From: Candidatus Poribacteria bacterium
GTDB taxonomy: Bacteria; Poribacteria; WGA-4E; JAJDTR01
Reading direction: 5' to 3'
NCBI GenBank assembly: GCA_965222225.1
Contig: CBDCTK010000002.1
Location: 3,840,001-3,904,000 of the forward strand
Length of the DNA stretch: 64,000 bases
In this document: piece after piece, positions 1 through 8,221 of the stretch
How positions within the stretch are numbered: the first letter of the stretch is position 1
How the letters are laid out: each line of letters opens with the position of its first letter
Position numbers and translations under genes: made by a program
Notes under the pieces: model-generated
What the model saw: only the letters and a program-made list of their open reading frames with translations
Told to the model about the DNA's origin: nothing
Database searches by the model: none

Positions 1-14
1 CGAAGCTAAACGCA

Positions 15-764
15 ATGAGCGAATGGACTATCGCGCAGGAGGATCCGGGTCACTTCGATCAGTACCGTGCGCAGGGATGTATCATTCCCTACTGGCGGTA
101 TCCCCACCCCGCTTTTGCCGAGCCAATCGTTTATCCGCGCGCGATTGAGGTTTTCGCCGAACTCGGATTCGACCATCCCACGGTCTGGAGCGGATTTGTG
201 ATTAGCAAACCGCCGCACGCGCCGCCACTGTTCTGGCATCAAGACGGCGTGCTGTGGGAACACCCCATCAGTTACACCGTTCAGCCGCAGCAATATTTTA
301 TGATGTATTACTTGGTTGACACGAACCGTCATAACGGGTGTTTGCGCCTGGTACCCGGCTCCCACCTCAAACGTCACGCGCTACACGACCTGCTTCCGAG
401 GGATGACGACGGCGTCAAAAGCGCGGCTAACCTGGAGCACGCCGCCTTCCGGTACACCGAAGGCGAAGTCGATGTGCCCGTCAAGGCAGGCGATGTCGTC
501 ATCGGCGACTCGCGTCTGATGCACTCCGCCCACGCCAATCAAAGCGACCAACGGCGCACGGTGCTCACTATCTGGTATTGGCCCTGCTACGACGAGTTGC
601 CGGAGGATGTCAGGAAGTTGATTGCCTCGCACGTCACGCAAAGCACCGATTGGTGTCGTTGGGTCGAGCAGACGCGGGATGTCACGGCGCCATTTATACC
701 AGTTTACAACGGGGACGCCGAGCCGCCGCCGTGGAACAATTCGCCAAGCGAAAACCTACGATAA
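15..764 (+). CDS. Phytanoyl-CoA dioxygenase (PhyH) family Fe(II)/2OG oxygenase; may start upstream of the window
   Basis: WHQD (HxD), NGCLRLVPGSH and distal HSAHAN motifs; frame is open to the window edge. Confidence 0.85.
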   Translation: MSEWTIAQEDPGHFDQYRAQGCIIPYWRYPHPAFAEPIVYPRAIEVFAELGFDHPTVWSGFVISKPPHAPPLFWHQDGVLWEHPISYTVQPQQYFMMYYLVDTNRHNGCLRLVPGSHLKRHALHDLLPRDDDGVKSAANLEHAAFRYTEGEVDVPVKAGDVVIGDSRLMHSAHANQSDQRRTVLTIWYWPCYDELPEDVRKLIASHVTQSTDWCRWVEQTRDVTAPFIPVYNGDAEPPPWNNSPSENLR

Positions 765-792
765 CGACATTGAAGGGACTAGGAAGAATAGA

Positions 793-829
793 GATTGACC
801 GAGAGGACAACGAGGGAGATAGAGATCCC
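793..829 (+). repeat. Degenerate copy of the GATCAA/GCGATAG hairpin element
   Basis: GATTGA CC GA GA GGACA AC GA GG GAGATAG AGATCCC. Confidence 0.65.
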
Positions 830-898
830 AAGAATCCGGCGGACGTGAATGGGGTTGTCAATGTATTTGATTTAGTGTTTGTGGCAAATCGATTCTGA
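830..898 (+). pseudogene. Remnant of a dockerin-like/EF-hand C-terminal repeat
   Basis: Translates NPADVNGVVNVFDLVFVANRF*, resembling DVNGDGVVNIxDLV; no upstream gene body. Confidence 0.5.
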
Positions 899-943
899 TC
901 ATGGCAGTGGACAGTAGAAACCGAATTTGAACGGAGATTATGT

Positions 944-1732
944 ATGGCGAACTATATTTCGAAGGTGAAATGGCAACATTACCGCGAGGAGGGGTATGCC
1001 CGAATTGGTCGGGTGGCAACTGATGAGGAACTTTCAGCGCTCCAAAGCCGAATTGATGATATCATGCTCGGCAAAGCGCCGTTGGACTATGACCGGCTGA
1101 TGATGCAACTCGACCGTGAACCGGGCACGGAGGGGCCGGGACCTCAAACTAACGGTCACAAAGGGGCGACGCTGTCGTATCGAAAGATTCAGTCGCTTGA
1201 GTTCGATCCGCTTTTCCTTTCATACTTGCAGAAACCGGTTTTCCGCGAGGCGTGCGCGAAGGTGTACGGCGACGAAACTCGCATCACCTGCTATCGAGCG
1301 ATGTTTATGAACAAACCGGCGCGTGAAGGCACTCAGCTGAACTGGCATCAAGACCGATGGTCGCATCTTGACCGGGAGCCGTTACTTACCATCTATACGG
1401 CGCTTGACCCGGCGACGGCGGAGAACGGTTGTGTCCGGATTATTCCGAACTCTCATCGTAACCTTGTCCCCCTGACTCGACCTGACGAACGCCGCGCCCA
1501 GGTGGAGAGGATTGTAGCGGAGTCCGAGTCGATTCCGCTTGAGTTGGAAGTGGGCGATGTCGTGCTGCTGCACAATTGGATGTTTCACAGCTCCGGGGTG
1601 AATTCTAGCGATGTGCCGCGCCGAGCGTTTAGCGTGTGCTACATGCCCGCGGAAACGAAGTCTAGCGAAGGGCTAACGTATTCGCGAATTTTTGGAGATG
1701 GGGCGTTGTCGGTTAGCCAATTAACCGGATGA
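944..1732 (+). CDS. PhyH family dioxygenase
   Basis: WHQD, ENGCVRIIPNSH, HSSGVN..RR motifs; GGAG RBS. Confidence 0.9.
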   Translation: MANYISKVKWQHYREEGYARIGRVATDEELSALQSRIDDIMLGKAPLDYDRLMMQLDREPGTEGPGPQTNGHKGATLSYRKIQSLEFDPLFLSYLQKPVFREACAKVYGDETRITCYRAMFMNKPAREGTQLNWHQDRWSHLDREPLLTIYTALDPATAENGCVRIIPNSHRNLVPLTRPDERRAQVERIVAESESIPLELEVGDVVLLHNWMFHSSGVNSSDVPRRAFSVCYMPAETKSSEGLTYSRIFGDGALSVSQLTG

Positions 1733-1951
1733 AAGTGGCTAAGAGTACGCTCCGAGAGCCTGCTTTTGTGATGGGCGGCGAAGCGATTTTTGGTGATTTG
1801 AGAGGAAGAGGCGCCGCAGTTTGACAATAATGCAAGGCCTGAGGTGAGTTAAATCGGACAGATTAACAATAGAAATTCCGGAGAGAAACACCAAAACAAC
1901 GTGTGTTTAACGTGTGTTTATAGTAAAATCAATAGTTATTTATTCACTGAG

Positions 1952-2020
1952 GTAGGTTCGGTTTCCTAACCGAACCGGTATTTATCCAGTGTCGCAGGTG
2001 CGGTTGGAAACCGCACCTAC
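1952..2020. repeat. Inverted pair of GTAG-headed REP-like hairpins
   Basis: GTAGGTTCGGTTTCCTAACCGAACC and GGTGCGGTTGGAAACCGCACCTAC. Confidence 0.7.
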
Positions 2021-2057
2021 CGAAATATGTGTAAATGTGAATAGAGTTGGCCATACA

Positions 2058-2687
2058 ATGTCCCAATCCATCAATATAGAATTCATATGCGACCAACTGC
2101 GCCTGAAGGACCAGAAACTCGCCGAGGTCATTGATATCGTTGGTGCGTGCACCCTAGCTCCCGGGTGCGCCGCCTTCAATTTCTTGTGCGATGCCATTAT
2201 CCGTCAGCAACTCTCAAAACATGCCGCCAACACGATAATTCATCGCTTTCATGAACTTTTTGACTGCGGAAATCCCACGCCAAAGCAACTCCTGGCTCTA
2301 CCAAAGCAGGAAATACTTGATGCGGGCATATCGAATCGGAAGTGCGGATACCTAATGGATTTGGCGCACAAAACCGAAACGCAACAGCTAAACTTCTCGA
2401 CACTCGAGGAAAAGAATGATTGTACTATTCGACGCCTCCTCAAGGAGGTGAAAGGTATAGGCGATTGGACTGTTGACATGTATTTGCTTTTCGGTCTTGG
2501 CAGGATTGACGTGTTTCCCGTGAACGATCTCGCGCTGCGGAAATCAATGTCCTCTCTTTACGGTTTGACCGTCAAAGACCTCGAAGGTGCTAAGAAAGTA
2601 GCACAGAAATGGAAACCATACCGCAGTATTGCTAGCCTGTACATGTACAAGCATGGAGATTTGCAAACCCAAGAAACCCGCACTTGA
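2058..2687 (+). CDS. DNA-3-methyladenine glycosylase, AlkA/HhH-GPD family
   Basis: IIRQQLS, VKGIGDWTVDM (HhH), FPVNDL and WKPYRS motifs; ATG start chosen downstream of the REPs. Confidence 0.88.
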   Translation: MSQSINIEFICDQLRLKDQKLAEVIDIVGACTLAPGCAAFNFLCDAIIRQQLSKHAANTIIHRFHELFDCGNPTPKQLLALPKQEILDAGISNRKCGYLMDLAHKTETQQLNFSTLEEKNDCTIRRLLKEVKGIGDWTVDMYLLFGLGRIDVFPVNDLALRKSMSSLYGLTVKDLEGAKKVAQKWKPYRSIASLYMYKHGDLQTQETRT

Positions 2688-2782
2688 ATGTTAGCGGTTT
2701 CGTATGGATTTCCGTTCAACCTAACCTACATAACTGGGGTATAGCCGCGCTAACGGCTTTGCTACAGAGGTTCGTCATAGAA

Positions 2783-2807
2783 GTAGGGAACGCAGATCTG
2801 CGTTCCC
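2783..2807 (+). repeat. GTAG-headed REP hairpin (identical copy at 26380-26404)
   Basis: GTAGGGAACGCAGATCTGCGTTCCC palindrome. Confidence 0.75.
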
Positions 2808-2835
2808 TGAACTCGTATGCGCCCACGAGCGGCTC

Positions 2836-3705
2836 TCATCGAGAATGCTTTATCCGTCCCCACGTTGTAGCGAGTTTGTCAATAGACTCCACTGCGGTGG
2901 TGCCGCCTACCGTTTGGGCCATGTCGGCGTTGATCTCGTCCGCGCTGAGCCACCGATCCCACATCTTGAAATTGACCGCCGAACAGTTGCACGCTTGAAC
3001 CTGTTCTCCTGCACTATTGGCAAATAACGCGTGCAGGTTCATCGGGCGTTCGGGGTCAAAGGTTACCTCGGACGGCACTTCACCTGTCATCTCGCCATCA
3101 AGATAAAACGTCACCACAATCCCGCTTTCAAAGGCGACGTGCATGAAACGCCAACGGCCTTGACCGAGATCCAAACCGGTATCCGCGATGGACTCGTGAT
3201 CTTCCCGCACGCCGATGACGGGCTGCATGATATTCACATTGTCAATCCATCCCCAATCGCCCTCGTCAAAGGGAAGCATCACGCGCATGGTCTGGTTCTC
3301 TTCCGGGGCATTGGAATGGATGCCGTACATGTGATGTTCCTCCGCCTCGCCGGGAAACCGGCTGCCGTTGATTCTCACCAACGAGGTCCACGTCCAATTC
3401 TCAAGGAAAACCACGGGAGCCTCGTCAAGGGGTTCATCGTTGGCGAAAACCGCGTGGGAATCGGGCACTGTGTAATATTTCGTGAAGAAGGACATGCCGG
3501 CAACCTCCACCGTGCCCTCTTCAAGTTTGGGATGGTCGTCGGTTTGCGGCACTGCGCCGCCAGCGGAACCGCTGTTTGCCCACGTCTCGGCATCGTCATC
3601 CTGTGTGTTGGCGTCAAAAAACAGTACGGGCGGTTGCGCGAGCGCCATCGGGCACGCCAGTACAACGATGAAGAGTAGGCTCAATGTTCATCTTGTGTGT
3701 GTCAT
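2836..3705 (-). CDS. Secreted LamG/concanavalin-like protein with C-terminal KLATTWGRIK motif; in-frame TGA at codon 6 (possible pseudogene, or restart at TTG 3684)
   Basis: Signal peptide, WRFMHVAF..FYLDG and FKMWDRWLSADEI LamG-like motifs; AGGAGG RBS precedes ATG 3705. Confidence 0.7.
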
Positions 3706-3993
3706 GGTAAACCTCCTTTTATCCTTTCACTTTTTTCGTGTTGAGGGTTGGAATTAGCAGTAAGAGAAATGAGGAAATTGGAGGTTTGACGTTCACAAAT
3801 CCTACGCTAGTGCTTGTCGCTTTAGCTCGACTTTGTACAAACGTACAGCGGTTGGGTTGTACGGAAAGCCATACAACACCAAACCCGTAGGCGGGGCATC
3901 TTGCCCCGCCATGCAACACCGAAATTCGAGTGACACCCAACACATTATCTGCATGATACTGGAAACCGCTACCGACTTTTTCAGTCGAGTTTA

Positions 3994-4177
3994 GAACCTG
4001 TTTGGAAAGTACATTTGCAGGGCGCGCACTGCGATCAACTGACTGGATAAGAAAGGCGATAGCTAATCCCGTGCGATAGAAGTCCCGATAGGTGTATAGC
4101 AGGCGACCACAAAAGCATGAAAAAGCCGCGCCCAAAGTGACTGAAATTGCTTTGCCACCTATTATTCAAACAGGCTC
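3994..4177. mobile_element. MITE, GAGCCTGTTTGAA-TIR family, carrying the hairpin element at 4033-4091
   Basis: Ends GAACCTGTTTGGA / TTCAAACAGGCTC, flanked by TTA on both sides. Confidence 0.8.
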
Positions 4178-4224
4178 TTAAGGTTTTTGCTAGTCACTAA
4201 ACACTTTCTCCAATTCTTAATGCA

Positions 4225-4683
4225 CTACCTCAATTCGTCGATGCCCAAAACCCAGTTGTTCCATTTGCGATCCGGGAAACCGCCTAGGGATCGGTAGAAT
4301 TCCTCGGCAGCGATGTTCCCGGTCATGACAGTCCAAATCAGTTCAGCCGCACCAATGGACTTGGCATGCGAAATCACTGCCGCCATCAAGGCCTTTCCCG
4401 CTCCCATATGTCGTGCTGCCTCAACAACAAACAGTTCTTTGAGCACGAGCTTTGGTCGAAGGGTGTAGGTCCAAAGAATCGGATATGTGACAGCCATCCC
4501 GACGAGATCATCGTCTTGTTCAGCAACAAATGCGGTGAATAAACGCGCATCGCCAAAACCATGCCGAAGGATGCTCTCCCGTGTCACGGCAAACTCGTTG
4601 ATATAGTCCTCAAACCTCGCAAGCTCCTGCATGAGTTCGAGCAAACGATCAGCGTCTTGCTGATTAGCCAATCTAACGCGCAT
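4225..4683 (-). CDS. GNAT family N-acetyltransferase (diamine acetyltransferase-like)
   Basis: ELARFE, LKELFV..ARHMGAGKALM acetyl-CoA motif, N..A..FYRSLG. Confidence 0.88.
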   Translation of the reverse strand: MRVRLANQQDADRLLELMQELARFEDYINEFAVTRESILRHGFGDARLFTAFVAEQDDDLVGMAVTYPILWTYTLRPKLVLKELFVVEAARHMGAGKALMAAVISHAKSIGAAELIWTVMTGNIAAEEFYRSLGGFPDRKWNNWVLGIDELR

Positions 4684-4905
4684 TTAGTGGTACCGGTCCT
4701 TGAGGAAATCGTTGAGGTAGCCCAACCCTCCATGCGACATCCACGGAATGGGCGATTTGGCAAGTGCCGGAGCCGCGTATTCCAACACAGAGCGCATATT
4801 GATGTCTTCACGACCTTCGGCAGCAATAAAGTAAATCTTCAGACTGATGCCGTCGAAGTGGGCCAGGCCGTGCGATTTGTATTGTCTTTTCTTGTATTGC
4901 CCCAT
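4684..4905 (-). CDS. Short hypothetical protein, probably a truncated gene abutting the GNAT gene
   Basis: 73-aa ORF with GGAG RBS; stop is adjacent to the GNAT start. Confidence 0.4.
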   Translation of the reverse strand: MGQYKKRQYKSHGLAHFDGISLKIYFIAAEGREDINMRSVLEYAAPALAKSPIPWMSHGGLGYLNDFLKDRYH

Positions 4906-5206
4906 ACGTCGGTTTCTCCCAATTACTATCTAATTCGGATTTTACGATAGGCGTCTGACCAGCCCACATCTTATAATCCCGATTCAAAGAGACGAATTCA
5001 AACCGAGACGATACCACCCCTTATGTTGACTACTTGGGTAATCCGCTGTATCCTGTGTCATAAGGACAGACCTTTATTGCTGCTCGGTCTTGTTCACCGA
5101 ACGATGATTGTGTGCGCCACGGCTTTGTGTCAGGGCGTTCTCGTTTGTAGCGGATTAAAATAATCCATTGCACTACGGACTGTCAAGGTTCAGGAAAAAA
5201 AGATAC

Positions 5207-5416
5207 TATAGTCATTGCAACTAAGAATTACACATGTGTTTATTAACATACCCAAATTCCCACCCATTCCCGTAGGTCGGGATCAACCGAACGAATAGTG
5301 AGGGCGATAGAGATCCCTTCCAGCCCGACCCGCTCAATGGGAAACGTCGCAAACCGGGAGATTGTGAGCTAAGTCGAGTCAATCAATGCTCATATGTGTA
5401 AATATAAATGACTATA
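5207..5416. mobile_element. Putative second MITE with TATAGTCATT..TTACACAT imperfect inverted ends; contains a REP filled with the hairpin element
   Basis: Left TATAGTCATTGCAACTAAGAATTACACAT, right ATGTGTAAATATAAATGACTATA. Confidence 0.55.
5272..5330 (+). repeat. REP with inserted GATCAA/GCGATAG hairpin element (5281-5317)
   Basis: GTAGGTCGG GATCAA CC GA AC GAATA GT GA GG GCGATAG AGATCC CTTCCAGCCCGACC. Confidence 0.85.
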
Positions 5417-5654
5417 ACTGCGTAATAATTCGATAAGAAGGACTTGCCGGCAACGTCAACGGTTCCCTCTTCGAGCTTGGGCGCCTCCTCGGTTTGAGGC
5501 ACCGCGCTGCCAGCGGAACGGCGTTTACCCGCGCCTTATCCTCGCGTACCTGTGTGTTGGCGTCATAGAACAACAAGGACAGTTGAGCGAGCGTCATCGG
5601 TCATGCCAATACAACGATGAAGAATAGGCTCAATGTTAACCTTGTGTGTGTCAT
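5417..5654 (-). pseudogene. Truncated, degraded duplicate of the 5' end of the LamG-like gene at 2836-3705
   Basis: MTHTRLTLSLFFIVVLA* then ..FYDANTQ; similarity extends through the upstream region (5655-5762 vs 3706-3812). Confidence 0.8.
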
Positions 5655-5822
5655 GGTAACACTCTTTTTATCTTTTCAATTATTTCGTGTTGTGGGTTGG
5701 AATTAGCAGTAAGAGAAAAGAGGGGATTGGAGGTTTGACGTTCAAACATCCTCTGCTAGTGGTTATTGCTTTGAAGTACGGAACAACAGTCGCGGAAGCT
5801 CCTACAGAGAAATGGTGGGGCG

Positions 5823-5914
5823 GGGACCTCTATCGCAAGGGATTTGCTATGGGATCTCTATCGCATTCGCTAATCGCTCATTTGATCCTATCCGGTCGCT
5901 TGATCCCAGTCTAC
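5823..5914 (-). repeat. Nested hairpin-element cluster within a REP
   Basis: Minus strand GTAGACTGG GATCAAGCGACCGGATAG [GATCAA AT GA GC GATTA GC GA AT GCGATAG AGATCCC] ATAGCAAATCCC TTGCGATAGAGGTCCC. Confidence 0.8.
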
Positions 5915-5944
5915 AGACTGTCATTGTATCACAATCTGCGACTG

Positions 5945-6934
5945 TTATAGTAGTCCGGCGGCGCGGAGCACCGTCTCCTGCACGGTAAATTCGTGGTCTA
6001 GCGAGCGGTCGGGAGACTTCTCGCCGCGGATGTCCGCCACAAGCGCCTTGAGATCGCCGATATGAGACGGTCGTTTCTCAATCTCTACCCGCTGCCAACC
6101 TTCGGCATAGCCATCCCGATCTTCATCAAGACACAGCCGAAGCGCCGGCGGATCTACCGGTTCGAGTATCGCGCTGCCGCGCGTCCCGTAAACCTCCAAT
6201 CGCCTTGATTCACCCGACGATACCTCTGCCGCTGCGGACTCGATGGTCGCCATTGCGTCCGGATATTCAAAGACGGCGGCGGTGTTATCTTGTGCCCAGG
6301 GGAAGGTACTGTCCAGGTTCTGCGAGAAAGATGTCACGCGCTCGGGTCGCCCCAGCAGCGCGACGATAATGTCGATAAGATGGGGGGCGAGAATGAACAT
6401 GATACCGCCCTCGCGTTCGCCGCGGGAATCCCACCGCGCCCACAGGGATTCATCGGAGCGGCGCGTCGAGATGCGTCCGCGAACGGAGAATAGCTTTCCC
6501 AGTCTCCCGGAACTTGCCCAATCAAGGACGAACTGGAATCCTGCGTTATAGCGGAACATATAGCCGAGTTGGACACACAGCCCCTTCTCGCGTGCAATGT
6601 CCAATATCGACCGGAACGCCTCCAAATCGTCGCCTGCCGGCTTGTCGAGCCAGACGTGCTTTCCATGTTCAACCGCTGCCCGCGCAAACTCGAGGTTTTC
6701 GGACACCCGTCCCTGCGCCGCGACTCCCACAATGCTCTCGTCGTCCAGTATCTCCGCCGCGGACGACAACCAGTGAACGCCCTCAAACGCGTCGTTGGTG
6801 CCGAGTGTTTCGCGAGATTGCGCGGACGGTTCATAAATGCCTACGAAGTCGACATCCTCGCTTGTCTTCAGCGTCCGCGCCTTGCTGGGGGCGTGGTCAT
6901 GCGAAATGCCGAATTGTGCAAACCTGAGTCTCAT
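5945..6934 (-). CDS. Gfo/Idh/MocA family oxidoreductase (paralog 1)
   Basis: GKHVWLDKP, LGYMFRY, GG..F....HLID motifs. Confidence 0.9.
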   Translation of the reverse strand: MRLRFAQFGISHDHAPSKARTLKTSEDVDFVGIYEPSAQSRETLGTNDAFEGVHWLSSAAEILDDESIVGVAAQGRVSENLEFARAAVEHGKHVWLDKPAGDDLEAFRSILDIAREKGLCVQLGYMFRYNAGFQFVLDWASSGRLGKLFSVRGRISTRRSDESLWARWDSRGEREGGIMFILAPHLIDIIVALLGRPERVTSFSQNLDSTFPWAQDNTAAVFEYPDAMATIESAAAEVSSGESRRLEVYGTRGSAILEPVDPPALRLCLDEDRDGYAEGWQRVEIEKRPSHIGDLKALVADIRGEKSPDRSLDHEFTVQETVLRAAGLL

Positions 6935-7101
6935 TCTGCCTTGCCTCCATAAAATTTGAGTTTAGTGACGGACAGTGGCTTAATTTTAAAAGATAATAGA
7001 ACTTGCACAGTAACAGGAGGTCGCTCCTACAAGTATTGTAGCGTCGAAACAGCGAATAAGCTGCCCTACGGCAATCTCTTAGGTGTTCAATCACGCAAGT
7101 C

Positions 7102-7930
7102 CTATAGCAGCCCGACTGCGCGGAGCACCGTCTCCTGCACGGTAAATTCGTGGTCTAGCGAACGATCGGGGGACTTCTCGCCGCGGATATCCGCCACAAG
7201 CGCCCGGAGACTCTCGACATAACGCGGTCGATCCTCTACTTCCACCCGCTGCCACCCTACGGCATAACCATCCCGATCTTCGTCAAGGCACAGCCGCAGC
7301 GCCGGCGGTTCCAGCGGTTCGATTATCACGCTGCCGCGGGTTCCGTAGACCTCAAAGCGTCTCGATTCTTTCGTCGACACTTCCGACGCGGTAGACTCGA
7401 TGGTCACCAAGGCGTCAGCGTATTCGAAGACAGATGTGGTGTTGTCACGGTACCAAGGGACGACATGGTCCAAGTTCTGCGAGAAGAATTCCGCGCGTTC
7501 GGGCCGTCCCAGTATGGCGACGACAATGTCGATAAGGTGACACGCGAGGATGAACATAATGCCGCCCTCGCGCTCGCCGCGCGAATCCTTCAGTTTCCAT
7601 GATGCGGGATCCGAGCGGCTCGACGAGATGCGTCCGCGAATTGAAAATATATCGCCCAGTTTCCCGGAATTCGCCCAATCAATGAGGAATTGGAATCCCG
7701 CGTTGTAACGGAACATGTAACCGAGCTGGACGCACAGCCCTTTCTCGCGTGCAATGTCCAGAACCGCGCGGAACGCCTCCAGATCATCGCCCGCCGGTTT
7801 GTCAAGCCAGACGTGCTTTCCGCGCTCAAGCGCCGCCCGCGAAATCGACATCGTCGTTTGATTTCATCGCGATCGCCTTGCCGGTGGCGTGGCCGTGCGA
7901 GATGCCGTACTGTGCAAACCTCAATTTCAT
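7102..7930 (-). pseudogene. Gfo/Idh/MocA oxidoreductase paralog 2, frameshifted by a 161-bp deletion
   Basis: ATG 7930 gives MKLRFAQYGISHGHA..DVDFAG, then joins out of frame to RAALERGKHVW; 829 nt vs 990 nt in the neighbours. Confidence 0.85.
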
Positions 7931-8009
7931 TCAGGGTTGCCTCCATAAGATTTGAGTTTAGTCACGGAGATGGCTCAATGCTAAAAGATAATGGAACTCA
8001 CGCAGCAAT

Positions 8010-8204
8010 GTAGGTTGGGTTGAACGAATAAACACCAATCTCTATCTACGCCAAGAGGATGGCAGTCCTTAAATGGACACCCCATATGTGTAACGATAGA
8101 GTGAAACCCAACTCAATCTAACTACAACCAAATGTTGGGTTTCACTCCCAGAATCCAAATGTAATACTTGATATGTTTCATTTGCGTTGTTCAACCCAAC
8201 CTAC
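8010..8204. repeat. REPIN-like inverted doublet of GTAGGTTGGGTTGAAC REPs
   Basis: GTAGGTTGGGTTGAAC..GTGAAACCCAAC..GTTGGGTTTCAC..GTTCAACCCAACCTAC. Confidence 0.75.
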
Positions 8205-8221
8205 GTCCAACTTGTGGTGGT

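Noticed and set aside
3031-3678. Long antisense or overlapping ORFs (e.g. 3031-3678, 16066-16809, 27593-28471, 31145-31714, 58887-59525)
   Set aside because: Shadow frames of well-supported genes or of repeats, with no recognisable motifs.
3688-3690. Selenocysteine or recoded TGA
   Set aside because: It lies in a signal-peptide region where the paralog has Leu, and many genes in the window end in TGA.
5281-5317. Hairpin element as a rho-independent terminator or integron attC site
   Set aside because: No U-tract, orientation tracks the REP rather than the flanking genes, and there are no RYYYAAC/GTTRRRY ends or cassette organisation.
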